From Antedon mediterranea (taxonomy: Eukaryota > Animalia > Echinodermata), in assembly GCF_964355755.1 (NCBI RefSeq), contig NC_092670.1, positions 3,958,201 through 4,022,200 on the forward strand: a DNA stretch of 64,000 nt, read 5' to 3'. Made by a program: the position numbers and the translations under genes. Numbering within the stretch: position 1 is the first letter of the stretch; every line of letters begins with the position of its first letter. The notes beneath the pieces were generated by a model, which worked only from the letters and a program-made list of their open reading frames with translations, made no database searches and was not told the origin of the DNA. Of this stretch, positions 35,474 to 46,630 are shown piece after piece.

Positions 35474-36910
35474 TGTAATATAATGTTTGGGTTGTTGAGG
35501 TACTAATGAAAGACTCTAACTCGCTTGACTGTCGTAACACATATATTATTTATTCAGTATAATACTTCAGTACAATATACAACTATAAGTATACATAAGG
35601 AACGCGGAGGATCAATGATGCTGTCGGTGAGGTGTGAAGTGTGTAGGTCTGCTTCTGGAGAAGTGGCTGTATGGTGTGTGCTCCGTGAGGTGGCTGTAAG
35701 ATGTGTGCTCCGTGAGGTGGCTGTAAGATGTGTCTGGGCCCTTCTGAAACTTGGGAGTATATTGGCTCAGTTCATTTGCATAATGTCATTACATCATCTG
35801 TGAGGGTAACGATTGGTCCTAAGTTGATCCAGGGGTGTTTAAGTGGGAGTGATTAACGGTATAATAAGGTATTTCTGTGATGGATGACACTGTCAAATCT
35901 GTACTTAAATAGTGTCAATCACTCCTGTGGTTTAACGATGGGAAAGTCACAAAATTAAGCTAAGTGTTTTCTTTAGGGACTCTATTATAAACTAAATGGT
36001 CATTAAAACATCTGGACAAACTCTCCTTCGGCCTTTCTGGGTCAAGTTTGTGAACCTATTTGAATTCCGATACAAAGGTCAATTTCTTAAATATAAAAGT
36101 ATATCTTTATATCACATCCCTCTGTTTCCCTTTTTTTTTTTTTTAATCTGTTTAACATATAAAAATGGTTATAATAGTGGCATGCAAAATTAAAGTTATA
36201 TAAAAGAAAAAAACATTATACATATATGCAAAAATTGAGTTAGCCAAAACCATTGACTCTGAAGTGTAACCTTATCACTTTCACTCTCTCTCTTCTCTCT
36301 CTTTAAAAAAATGAAATTAAAAATGAATTTGGTATAAAATTCGCGTAAATCAAACATAAATCAGTTAAAAATAAAAATACAAAACTTAAAAATAGTATGT
36401 TACATTGAACATACGTCAAATCGTGCGACAACTCATCGCGTTCTAATGGTCTTCAAACATAAATCATCAAATTAAAACATAAAACTCAAGAAACTGTGGC
36501 TGATTAGCCTAAAATCAAAATATCAAACTTAATCACTTAAAACTTTAAAGAAACAAATGTGTGTGTCCCGTTGACACAAACTTATCCACAATATATCATT
36601 ATCGTCACAACTTTATCGATTTAAGCATTTATATTTACAGGTAATTACGATTTCAATCGGTCGGCAAATTCGACTTTTGTACTCAATGTTAAAAAAATTA
36701 CAATTAAAAGTACTAAGAAAATCTCCTGTTATTGTATATCAATTAATTAATGCTTGAGATTAACGACTCAAAGGTTAAACAAAATATTTGTTACAAAATG
36801 ATTGTCGTTCTTTTCAATATCTCAATATATCGATCATCAAAATTCAAAATTAATCTTTATCAAACTCGTTACAAAATCAATACTTAAACATAAATTCAAT
36901 TCTCTTTTAA

Positions 36911-39054
36911 CACTTTGACTGCCAAACACGAAGATCTTCGTTTTTGGAAACACAACGCTTGACTGCCAAACACGAAGATCTTCGTTTTTCGCGTTTTTTT
37001 ACGAAATCCGGTAGGTAGGTAAATTATTGGTATATACTATAAATATGGACACTAAATTCGGTCTGGACCGTGAATATTTTACCTTTTGAAAGTAACTAAT
37101 CTGGTTACGAACGATTGTCAAAATGGTACCTGTCGAAATAACATACACCGCGCATCACAGTAGCGCGTACAACGATGGTTTGGTGCATTGTGTATCGGTC
37201 GCGCGCTAGCTATGCCGCTGAAGCATTACAAAGGTTTATGTGGATTGGCATGTTTGTTTGTTATCTGAATAAAAAATAATGGATGAATTTTCAATGACCG
37301 TGTTCGTACGGCGATTGAAATACACGTTTATTTGGTTTTTACCCTTGGGGTAAAACCCATACGACGTTCGTACGAATAAACAAAGTACCGGTAAGCTGAC
37401 ACGAAACCAATTAAGATTGGAATTCTTAGGTCAAAAAGCGCCCTCTGTGCGTCGACCCATATCAATTGCATGTCGTTTCGCGCGCGAATCGTTCAATTAT
37501 TATTTTTCAATCGACAACCAGACCTATATATTTATAATACATCGAATACAATTTACTTTTTAAATAAATAATGATCGAAAATCCTGCTAACGTATGTTGT
37601 TTGTTGACCACGTGTATTTATCGTGCGAGCCGAACTATTGTTGTGGAAATTCCATTTAATGTACACGCACTGTACCCCTCTTGTAAAAATCACCACGTGT
37701 ATTTATCGTGCAAGCCGAACTATTGTTGTGGAAATTCCATTTAATGTACACGCACTGTAGGCTACCCCTCTTGTAAAAATCACCACGTGTATTTATCGTG
37801 CGAGCCGAACTATTGTTGTGAAAATTCCATTTAATGTACACGCACTGTACCCCTCTTGTAAAAATCACCACGTGTATTCATCGTGCGCGAGCCGAACTAT
37901 TGTTGTAAAAATTCCATTTAACACGCACTGTAGGCCTACCCCTCTTATCGTGCGAGCCGAATGGTTGATGTGGTAATTCACAGACACCAGGCTACCACAA
38001 TACAGAACTCCCTGCCGTTACATGTACATTATAAGCCACCGATTCGCAAGTTCAGGTCACCGGAAAAAAACCAACGAGTTGATTATTTATATATAATTTT
38101 ACAAAACAATAGATATACATTCGCATTAACGAAAAAGAACATTTCAAACAATAATTGTTAAACAATCAGAAAGCTTATTTGAGGTCGCGATTTGACATGA
38201 TCCCGTTAACGCTTGATTAATTATACCCCGAGGCAGCGTGTAATTGGAATGGGATTGAAATAACCAGTAAAGTTGGTGGATTTTTCGTCCAGATGGTTTT
38301 CTAATTTTTTATAGCCAGAGGCGTAAGTTAATTGCCACACGCGACCTCACAGTTGGAAGTACACGGTAGTTTCAGTCCCGTCCGAACGGGCCCAATAAGA
38401 AGTCTTTAATTTTATTATTGTATGTATACCCTAATTGTTTTGGTGTTTCACTGTAAGTGGCAGAGTTTCACGCCACAAACTTGTTTAGAAATGGTATGAA
38501 TATTATCATCAGTTTACTAGCTAGGCTAGTAGTACTAGGCTATAGCCTAGGCCTAGTCGTAAAACGGTTCCGGACCAACTTTAGGCCCAGTTAACTAGGC
38601 CTGGTGTCTTTACTATGTGGATTTTGGCAAAACATTGATGTAAGATTTATGATTTATAAAATGTAATACATTTTTCGATAGTGATAACTTGTTTTTATAG
38701 GCCTACCGGTGCCGTGTAAGTAACTTTTTCGTTGTTTGTTGATCTCACCGGGCGATATTTTCATATTGTGATGTCTTGCACAAAATCGCGAATATCTCGA
38801 CTTTCTTGTGCGAAACTAAGAAAAACTCAAAAAGTGCGTTACTTTCATTTTACTATTACAACTTATATATTGCGATTTGAAAATCGTTCTTGGTACCATT
38901 GTAAAGCTAAAATCTTTATGATTATTTTAGTCTAAATTACATGTAAATCAGATCACATACATAGTTTCAATCAGCTTTAATAAAAACATCGAATTGGGCT
39001 ATAAACGCTGGCGGTGGCAGTTTCTAACTGGAAAAACCTCTGGCAGTCAAAGTG
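36911..39054. mobile_element. Non-autonomous piggyBac-like element in the Gypsy 3' UTR
   Basis: TTAA|CACTTTGACTGCCA ... TGGCAGTCAAAGTG|TTAA. The empty TTAA site is visible in the related Gypsy copy at about 7213. Confidence 0.9.
37608..37961. repeat. About 85-90-bp tandem repeat, roughly 4 copies, inside the TTAA element
   Basis: caccacgtgtatttatcgtgcgagccgaactattgttgtggaaattccatttaatgtacacgcactgtacccctcttgtaaaaat repeated. Confidence 0.9.
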
Positions 39055-39166
39055 TTAACTGAAATCACATCATTACTTAACAAATCTCATCAAAAATACG
39101 TAGACTATGCTATCATTAATTTAGCAAATGTCGTAATTTAAAAATAATCTTGCAAAAAAAATTAAA

Positions 39167-42100
39167 TCAGTAATTCGTTGCATTATACAAACGTTTTATG
39201 AATCGTTTTGGCGATCCACTTATCGGTATCTGTTTATCATTAATGATCTCTTTAATTAATTTATCTGTATCGTTATATCTGTCAATATTCCACCAAAATT
39301 TGCGATCATTAGATTCGTGTTTTGTTTTATCAGTGTTGCGTTTGACTGAAGTCGGTTTAGAATACGAAACTAAAACTTGGAAATGTCCTGCTTTAAATCT
39401 ACCTCGGTTTAATGTCATAATTGAATCATTAGGTGCTGTCATAATTAGATTAGTTTGTTCCTTGATTTGTTCTTCTTTCATTTGGAATGGGGCTGCTAAT
39501 CCCATGTTATTCTCTACACAGTCAATGTAAGGTTGAAAGTTAAGGGGTTCTACTTTAGTTGGATGTGTAAGGGTATCTGATTGCAATTGGGTGGGTGTCC
39601 TATCATGTTCGTCTACAAATTCAACATTGGTTTCGTCATTTACTACATTAATGGTGTTTTGGATTTTATCGTTATTATCATCGGTGGGTTCATTCAACAA
39701 TTGTTTAAGTTTTTGGAGATGTGTAAAATTTTTGCGTTCTTTGGGTGTTCTCATAAAACAGGGTTTCAGTCTGTTATAATTGAATACGTCGCGAAGTATT
39801 TCTCCTTTAATCGTCGCTAGGATGTAGTGTGTTCTGTCTAGTACTTCATGAATCACTAATGGTCCGACCCATTCTGCGGCGATTTTCTTTGAATTTGCCG
39901 TTAGTGATGATGATGTTGGCTTGTATAAATATACGAGTTGTCCTACTGAGTAAATTGGACATTTTTCTAAGCGTTGGGAAATTTTTGAGTTTTGGACGTT
40001 TTGTTGTGTTCGCTGTAATTGTAGCATTGTCTGTGAAATGTTTTGAAATTTCTTCTTGAGATGTTCAAAGTATTCTTCATAGGAATGAGACAATCCTGAA
40101 ATAGGGTTAAATGCTAATGAGGTCAAACTTGGAGGTTGGCGGCCAAAAACTAATTCGTAAGGGGAGTGGTTTCCTAGATGTGGGGATGAGAAAGAATTAT
40201 AAGCATAACATGTTGTTGATACAAATCTAACCCAATCTGTTCCGAATTGGTTAAGGTTGACCTTTAACAGGTCCGATACGGTGCGGATATGACGTTCAAC
40301 TTGTAAACTACCGTGATTGTGGACGCTGATGATTTTCCTGTCAATATTAAGGGTGTTACATAATAGTGTTAATAATTTTCCTGTAAGGGAGGTTGCTGCA
40401 TCTGAAATAAGACGAGATGGGGGTCCAAAAATACTGATGACCTTTTGAATTAGTGCTTCACAAATTGTTTCGGCATCAATGGATTTCAAAGGTACACAAA
40501 TCAAAAATCTAGTTATCTCATCACATACTACCATAATATGTTTAAAACCTGAAGGTGATGTTGGCATACTCTTAAAATCTAGACTGAGTGTATGAAAGGG
40601 ACGGTAAGTTGCTGGTACTCGATCGTGTAAAGGACGTAATTTATCGGTTTTGGGACGAAATTGTTGACATCTAAGACACGCTTGGGTATAATTGTTGACT
40701 TTCTCGAACATAAGAGGCATGTAAAATAATTTCCTAATAGTAAGGTAAGTACGCATCGTACCTTGGTGGCTACTTAACAAATTGTCGTGATACTGAGAAA
40801 TAACAGTCTCTGCTAAGTTTTCAGGAACAGCTAATTGCAATACAAATTCTCCACCTTTATCTTGGAAAAATAAACGGAATAGTAAACCGTTGCACAATAT
40901 GTACTGCTCTGACTTATTCTGAACTGCACGAGCTGCTTTCTTATCAGCTGGAAGGATATCATGAACTAAATAATCGTAAACTGGCTTAAAAAATGGTGAA
41001 GTTTCTTGTTCAACACGTAATTGTTTAACATCTACTGGGAGGTTATAATCTCTAATTATCTTTCTTTGAATAACATCCATTAATCTATCTAAGTCTTGTT
41101 GTTTTGGGATGTGTGCTGACTTAAATTCAGTTATGTTTGGTACTAGTGGTTTGGGCGATGTATACAATTCAACTGGTACGTTTCGATGTGTAGTATCTTT
41201 GCTTTGCTTATTTTTGTCTACTAGTCGTTCCTCTGGAGGTTGTCGAATGTTTACATTACGTATTGGGGGTGGTGTTACGATAGGTGGCGTTATGATAGGC
41301 GGTGATCGATGTGCGTTTGTTTGTTGTCTCGTGATTATCTGTGGTGTAGCGGTAGGTTGAGGTGTAGGTCGCGTGTTTGTCGTCACTGGGTTTTGATTAA
41401 TGACGGGCGTTTGTTTGGGTTTGGGTTTATGTAGGTCAGGTATATTTATTCCCATTTTCTTGGCGTATGACCTTGTTACTGGTCTGCTAGTAGATGTGTT
41501 TGTAATCGGGTTAAGAGATTCAGTTTCTGTAATATTAAATGCAATGGGTACAACTTGATCAATTTCGGAATCGTCATCACGAGGGGCTCGGGAGAGAAAA
41601 TCTGCTAAAACTAATTCAGTTCCTTTCTTATAACCAATTTGGAAAATGTATCCGGACAATCGTAATATTAGTTTCTGTAAACGGGGTGTACATGGCTGAT
41701 CTTTTGAATTCCAAATTTGTACAATTGCTGAGTGGTCTACGAATGCATCAAATTCGCAACCCTTTAGTAAGTGTCGAAATGCTGAAACGTTAATGTAAAG
41801 TCCAAATAACTCTAATTCTGTGACGCTATATCGTTGACAGGCTTGTGGTAAGATTTTGGAATAATAACCTATTATGTGTTCTTTACCGTTTACTGTTTGT
41901 GTTAAATATGAACCTGTTGCGGTTCTTGAAGTGTCGCTATATAGCGTAAATCTACCTTCTTTTCTAGGCATTTGAAGAGTTGGTGGTTTAACCATTAAGT
42001 GTTTAATTTCGTCAAATGCTTTCTGGTGTTCAGTAGACCAACAAAATTTTCGGCGTTTGCTTGCGAGTGTGTGTAACGGACGTAAAATTGATTGTATTTG

Positions 42101-43474
42101 AGGGAAAAAATGGGATACATAATTTACTGCACCAATAAATCGTTTAGTTTCTTTATGGGTTCGTGGGACTGGCAAATTTCGGATAGCTGCACACCTGTCG
42201 CCTAATGGTGTGATACATGCGTGTCCTGAAGAATTAATCAGGATGGTGTGTCCCATATATTGCACTTTATTCTTGAATAACTTACATTTCTTTGGGCAAA
42301 TTCTAAAACCATTTAATTGTAGGGCTTGTAAAACGGAAACAAGGTGCTGCTTATGAGCAAATTTGTCTTGGCTAAATAAAATAATATCATCATGATGGGC
42401 GATACAGAATTCTCTAGAATTTGGGATTTCATTTAAAATTTCGTCAATCTTTGCTTGAAATATACCTGGTGAAACGTTTAATCCTTGTGCTAATCTCTTA
42501 TAATAATAATGTTTTCCACCATGATATGAAGCTATACCTGTATATTGTTGGGCATGTTCGGCTAATGGTACACAGTGGAACGCTGATTTCAAATCAATTA
42601 CGCTAAGAATCTGTGCATTAGCGTTACCTATTGTTTTCAAAGTTTCGGCCAATAATGGGAATGGGTGATTAATACGTTTTATCCTGGAATTTAGATAGCG
42701 AAAGTCTGTGACAACTCTTTTATCTTTTGAATTTTTCTTTGAAACAAGAAGGACAGGGGAAGTATACGATTGGTGTCCTACTGCTAAGATTCCTAATTTG
42801 ACTAATTTGTTCAATTCGGCCTCAATAACATGTTTGTCTTTGTCTGTCGCAAAGTATGGGCGAATAAAAAATGGTTCATCGTTAGAGAGGTGTATGTCAG
42901 CTTTGAAGTTTGGGCAGCTAGATAGTTCACCGTATAGTGAAAATGCGTTTCTGTTTTGTTGTAAGGTTTTATACAAATCTTCTTTTTCTCTATGTGTTAA
43001 AACGCTGTCTGTTAAATCAACTTGTTTTCTAATTATTTCTTCCTCGGTTAAAGATAGCAATGGGTCTGTACGTTCTAAATGTGGGTACTTGTTTGCGTTG
43101 TCATTGGTCAACTTTATTCTATCTATTGGTAGGTCGTTAGTAACTGTTACAAGGTTGGTTAAGTGAAGGCTCGCGATAGGTTGATGTGTATTTAGAGATA
43201 CGTTTCTGTTTGTGTTGTTAGTGATATCAATGTTGGTTTCTCCTCTATGTAATTTTACTAACATATCTGATGGACAAAGTTTTGAAATATGGGTGGTTGC
43301 ATGTAGAACAACATCAGAATTGCGTACGAAGGCGGGAACCCTTCCTTTTAATTTAACTGTTTTAGTATCACCGGGTTTAAGAAAAATCTTGTAGACAGGA
43401 CGAAAGCTAAAAATCTTTGGTCTAATGCGAAATGTGTTTTCCTTAAAATTTAAAGTACCGTCGAGTTCAGACAA
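39167..43474 (-). CDS. pol: Gypsy Pol (RT, RNase H, integrase, C-terminal extension), detached from protease by a frameshift
   Basis: RVVTDFRYLN, IDLKSAF, LAQGL..SP..FQ, HHDD, YSDTS...GYYSK...ELE (RNase H), H-x6-H...C-x2-C integrase zinc finger, and D-D-E core (LDFK, ISDAA, VERH). Confidence 0.92.
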   Translation of the reverse strand: MSELDGTLNFKENTFRIRPKIFSFRPVYKIFLKPGDTKTVKLKGRVPAFVRNSDVVLHATTHISKLCPSDMLVKLHRGETNIDITNNTNRNVSLNTHQPIASLHLTNLVTVTNDLPIDRIKLTNDNANKYPHLERTDPLLSLTEEEIIRKQVDLTDSVLTHREKEDLYKTLQQNRNAFSLYGELSSCPNFKADIHLSNDEPFFIRPYFATDKDKHVIEAELNKLVKLGILAVGHQSYTSPVLLVSKKNSKDKRVVTDFRYLNSRIKRINHPFPLLAETLKTIGNANAQILSVIDLKSAFHCVPLAEHAQQYTGIASYHGGKHYYYKRLAQGLNVSPGIFQAKIDEILNEIPNSREFCIAHHDDIILFSQDKFAHKQHLVSVLQALQLNGFRICPKKCKLFKNKVQYMGHTILINSSGHACITPLGDRCAAIRNLPVPRTHKETKRFIGAVNYVSHFFPQIQSILRPLHTLASKRRKFCWSTEHQKAFDEIKHLMVKPPTLQMPRKEGRFTLYSDTSRTATGSYLTQTVNGKEHIIGYYSKILPQACQRYSVTELELFGLYINVSAFRHLLKGCEFDAFVDHSAIVQIWNSKDQPCTPRLQKLILRLSGYIFQIGYKKGTELVLADFLSRAPRDDDSEIDQVVPIAFNITETESLNPITNTSTSRPVTRSYAKKMGINIPDLHKPKPKQTPVINQNPVTTNTRPTPQPTATPQIITRQQTNAHRSPPIITPPIVTPPPIRNVNIRQPPEERLVDKNKQSKDTTHRNVPVELYTSPKPLVPNITEFKSAHIPKQQDLDRLMDVIQRKIIRDYNLPVDVKQLRVEQETSPFFKPVYDYLVHDILPADKKAARAVQNKSEQYILCNGLLFRLFFQDKGGEFVLQLAVPENLAETVISQYHDNLLSSHQGTMRTYLTIRKLFYMPLMFEKVNNYTQACLRCQQFRPKTDKLRPLHDRVPATYRPFHTLSLDFKSMPTSPSGFKHIMVVCDEITRFLICVPLKSIDAETICEALIQKVISIFGPPSRLISDAATSLTGKLLTLLCNTLNIDRKIISVHNHGSLQVERHIRTVSDLLKVNLNQFGTDWVRFVSTTCYAYNSFSSPHLGNHSPYELVFGRQPPSLTSLAFNPISGLSHSYEEYFEHLKKKFQNISQTMLQLQRTQQNVQNSKISQRLEKCPIYSVGQLVYLYKPTSSSLTANSKKIAAEWVGPLVIHEVLDRTHYILATIKGEILRDVFNYNRLKPCFMRTPKERKNFTHLQKLKQLLNEPTDDNNDKIQNTINVVNDETNVEFVDEHDRTPTQLQSDTLTHPTKVEPLNFQPYIDCVENNMGLAAPFQMKEEQIKEQTNLIMTAPNDSIMTLNRGRFKAGHFQVLVSYSKPTSVKRNTDKTKHESNDRKFWWNIDRYNDTDKLIKEIINDKQIPISGSPKRFIKRLYNATNY

Positions 43475-43491
43475 TGTTTCGGTTCCAAGTA

Positions 43492-43878
43492 TCAGGTCAA
43501 TACCAAATTTTTAACGATTAACGCTGAAATTTTGAATTTGTGTCCTTGGATAAATAATTTGAATTGCACTAAGTGGTTGGCGTATAAGAAGTCACCGTTG
43601 CCTAATCGAAATTTAGTTGTGTTCACTTTAATTGGCTTTAGACGCGATAAATAAAGTGAGGAATTAACGTACGATTGTGAGATTATAGTTCTAGTTGAAC
43701 CACTGTCAAATAAAGTTAAAACATTTCTACCATCTGGTAAATTTCCTTTAACGTAATTTCTGTCGTTAAGTAACAAATCAATATTATCTGAATTTCCTAA
43801 GTATTTTGCCTTAAAATTGTCGTATTTAGTATGGGGGGCCAGATTATAGGCGGCATCTAGTCCCCTTTTTAAAAATCC
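43492..43878 (-). CDS. Gypsy aspartic protease, -1 frame relative to gag
   Basis: TLFDSGSTRTII motif. The frame is open back to the gag stop (GGA TTT TTA AAA AGG GGA CTA...). A frameshift near 43508 separates it from GIDLILG and the rest of pol. Confidence 0.85.
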   Translation of the reverse strand, partial: GFLKRGLDAAYNLAPHTKYDNFKAKYLGNSDNIDLLLNDRNYVKGNLPDGRNVLTLFDSGSTRTIISQSYVNSSLYLSRLKPIKVNTTKFRLGNGDFLYANHLVQFKLFIQGHKFKISALIVKNLVLT

Positions 43879-44834
43879 TGCTGGTGGCTAGGGTAGTAAT
43901 TGTTTGACTGTTGGTATGGGTATGGCGGGGGATAGTTTCCGTAAGAGCGGTTTTGTTGTCGGCAGTGCCTTGCTATGTGGCCTGGTTTCCCGCAGTAATA
44001 ACAGGTTGGGGGAGGTTGTCTATATCTTGGGGTCGGTGGGGTCTGGAATCGGGGTTTGTATGGGCTTGGGCTTCGGTTTCGTCTTGGGATATAATTTCGG
44101 GTGGGGGAACGTGAGCGTCGAGTATCATCATTAAGGGATCGTTTTGTTGTGGCCATGTCTAACTTGAGAGAATTTATCTCATGTTGGAGCGATTCGAGAC
44201 TATTAGGCCTATCTGTTTCCTTATTGATATTGAATGAAACTTCCCGTGTGGCATCATCTACGGAAAGGTCAAGGTAATTTTGTGTGCTATTTACAATATT
44301 TTCAATAGTGGCATCGATTGGGGTGGACATGGCTACAGCTGCTCTACATTTTGGTGGAAGGGTCGAAATAAATTTATTCTTTATCTGCTGGTCAGCGTAT
44401 CCAATTCTGTCTGCGGCTTGTTTGATTTTGGTTAAGTGCTTTTCGGCGTTGTCGCCAGTGGTGTATGTAATTGAATCGTATTCTCTTATGTGCGCATAGA
44501 TTGATTTGTTTTTACTAAACCTGTTGATGAATTGGGTTTTTAAGGATTCTAGTGAATCGAACTGCTTTCCCTCAATCCAGAGTCTAGCTTGGCCCTGAAG
44601 GCTACGTTTAAAAATACTTATTACATTAATTAATTGGGCATTGTTTACAGGGTTTTCTAACGTGTGGGCCTCAAGGTAGTCGGTAAACGATAAGTAGTGT
44701 GCACTACATTGGTCGTGATCGGTTATGGAACCGTCATATCTTTTGGGAAGGAAATCGGTTTGTCTTAGGTGGGGCACGGGGTGAGGATTGACGGGCTCAT
44801 TTAAAATTACTTCGTTATCAACAACGTCGACCAT
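43869..44834 (-). CDS. gag: Gypsy Gag with CCHC zinc knuckle
   Basis: 321-aa ORF downstream of the 5' LTR/PBS, with SLQGQARLW (retrotransposon gag motif) and CYYCGKPGHIARHC. Confidence 0.93.
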   Translation of the reverse strand: MVDVVDNEVILNEPVNPHPVPHLRQTDFLPKRYDGSITDHDQCSAHYLSFTDYLEAHTLENPVNNAQLINVISIFKRSLQGQARLWIEGKQFDSLESLKTQFINRFSKNKSIYAHIREYDSITYTTGDNAEKHLTKIKQAADRIGYADQQIKNKFISTLPPKCRAAVAMSTPIDATIENIVNSTQNYLDLSVDDATREVSFNINKETDRPNSLESLQHEINSLKLDMATTKRSLNDDTRRSRSPTRNYIPRRNRSPSPYKPRFQTPPTPRYRQPPPTCYYCGKPGHIARHCRQQNRSYGNYPPPYPYQQSNNYYPSHQQDF

Positions 44835-46194
44835 ACTTTATAATATTAATTATTAATCAAATATCAAAAACAATTTAGTGTATATGTAAACTCTCACTTT
44901 TTCAATCAAGGTTACAAATCAAAATCAAAATGGTTTTGACTTACCCCAAATGCTTCGGATCCAATTAAAAATGAATTAAAGGAATGCAAAAAGTGTTCAA
45001 AAATGTCTAAATGTTCAAACAACGAATTAAAGAAATGTTAAAGGTGCTCATCAATGTTCAAATTTTCAAACAACGAATTAAAAAAAATGCGAAAGGTGTT
45101 CATCAATGTTCAAAAAAGTAAATGTTAAAAAAACGATCGAAAAAAAACGGCGTGAAGTTGAAAGTCTCTAAACGAAACAGTTCTTGTCCGCTTGCTTCTG
45201 TTTTGATTCTTCTTGGGTCTTCCTCGATTATCTTCTTTGTCTTTATCCAATGGTTATAATTTTATAAAATTTCTGCTTGTCTCGATTTCATTCAAATATA
45301 ATTTCAGCTTGTCTTTTGTGTCTTCCTCGATTATCTTTTTTGTCTTCATCCAATGGTAATAATTTGATCAAATTTCTGCTTGTCTCGATCTCATTCAAAT
45401 ATAATTTCAGCTTGTCTTTTGAGTCAAAGTAAATTTCTCTCCTTTCAAACAAATATGGTTATTTTTGTCTTCGTCTTCGTCTTCGTGTCTTGTTAAGTGT
45501 TTATTTCTTGTTTTCTCACTCCGTTCCTTATGAAATTTGGGTCTTCCACCATGTAATATAATGTTTGGGTTGTTGAGGTACTAATGAAAGACTCTAACTC
45601 GCTTGACTGTCGTAACACATATATTATTAATTCAGTATAATACTTCAGTACAATATACAACTATAAGTATACATAAGGAACGCGGAGGATCAATGATGCT
45701 GTCGGTGAGGTGTGAAGTGTGTAGGTCTGCTTCTGGAGAAGTGGCTGTATGGTGTGTGCTCCGTGAGGTGGCTGTAAGATGTGTGCTCCGTGAGGTGGCT
45801 GTAAGATGTGTCTGGGCCCTTCTGAAACTTGGGAGTATATTGGCTCAGTTCATTTGCATAATGTCATTACATCATCTGTGAGGGTAACGATTGGTCCTAA
45901 GTTGATCCAGGGGTGTTTAAGTGGGAGTGATTAACGGTATAATAAGGTATTTCTGTGATGGATGACACTGTCAAATCTGTACTTAAATAGTGTCAATCAC
46001 TCCTGTGGTTTAACGATGGGAAAGTCACAAAATTAAGCTAAGTGTTTTCTTTAGGGACTCTATTATAAACTAAATGGTCATTAAAACATCTGGACAAACT
46101 CTCCTTCGGCCTTTCTGGGTCAAGTTTGTGAACCTATTTGAATTCCGATACAAAGGTCAATTTCTTAAATATAAAAGTATATCTTTATATCACA

Positions 46195-46352
46195 TAAAGA
46201 AGAGTGGCAGAACTGGGAGTTATTTTTGTGGGTCTGTGGATAAGAGGATAAAAAGAATTGTTAAATAGAAAATGGACAAAATCATTTACATTATTATTTG
46301 AATCAAATTTTAAAATATCCACATTAAAATCACCAGTCCACATTAAAATCAC
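46195..46352 (-). mobile_element. 5' continuation of the LINE split by the Gypsy (APE endonuclease fragment)
   Basis: The - strand reads GDFNVDILKF...PLIHRPTKITPSSATL and rejoins ...NIF and SGIVISDATDHLPVF left of 35474. Confidence 0.85.
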
Positions 46353-46630
46353 CTATTCAACTTACCTGGTATGTTGAGCCATTGTTTCATATGCACCTTA
46401 GCCACATCCAGAACTTCATTCTCTTTATTGTATCTACAAAACCTATTCAACTTACCTGGTATTTTGAGCCATTGTTTCATATGCACCTTAGCCACATCCA
46501 GCACCTCATTCTCCTCAATGTATCTACAAAACCTATTCAACTTACCTGGTATTTTGAGACATTGTTTCATATACACCTTAGCCACACCCATCCAACACCG
46601 CATTTTCTGCACCTAAAGTATCTACAAGAT
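46350..46630 (-). repeat. 90-bp tandem repeat (x3) made from part of a partner-gene exon plus its splice donor
   Basis: On the - strand the unit is ttttgtagatacattgaggagaatgaggtgctggatgtggctaaggtgcatatgaaacaatggctcaaaataccag|gtaagttgaatagg, encoding ENEVLDVAKVHMKQWLKIP. Confidence 0.85.

Larger units (their letters stand above)
35474..46194 (-). mobile_element. Near-complete Ty3/Gypsy LTR retrotransposon, 643-bp LTRs (35474-36116, 45552-46194), TSD TAAA
   Basis: TG...CA LTRs are nearly identical (one substitution noticed by eye). TAAA at 35470-35473 and 46195-46198. PBS-like TGGTGGAAGACCC next to the 5' LTR and PPT at about 36117-36143. Domain order gag-PR-RT-RH-IN. Confidence 0.97.

Noticed and set aside
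35525-35803. 92-aa ORF duplicated at 45603-45881
   Set aside because: It lies antisense within both LTRs and reflects an internal short LTR repeat; no recognisable protein.
45525-45551. Assigning a primer tRNA to the Gypsy PBS (TGGTGGAAGACCC)
   Set aside because: Only the first 7 nt resemble a tRNA-Ala 3' complement as I recall it; it cannot be assigned without the species tRNA set.
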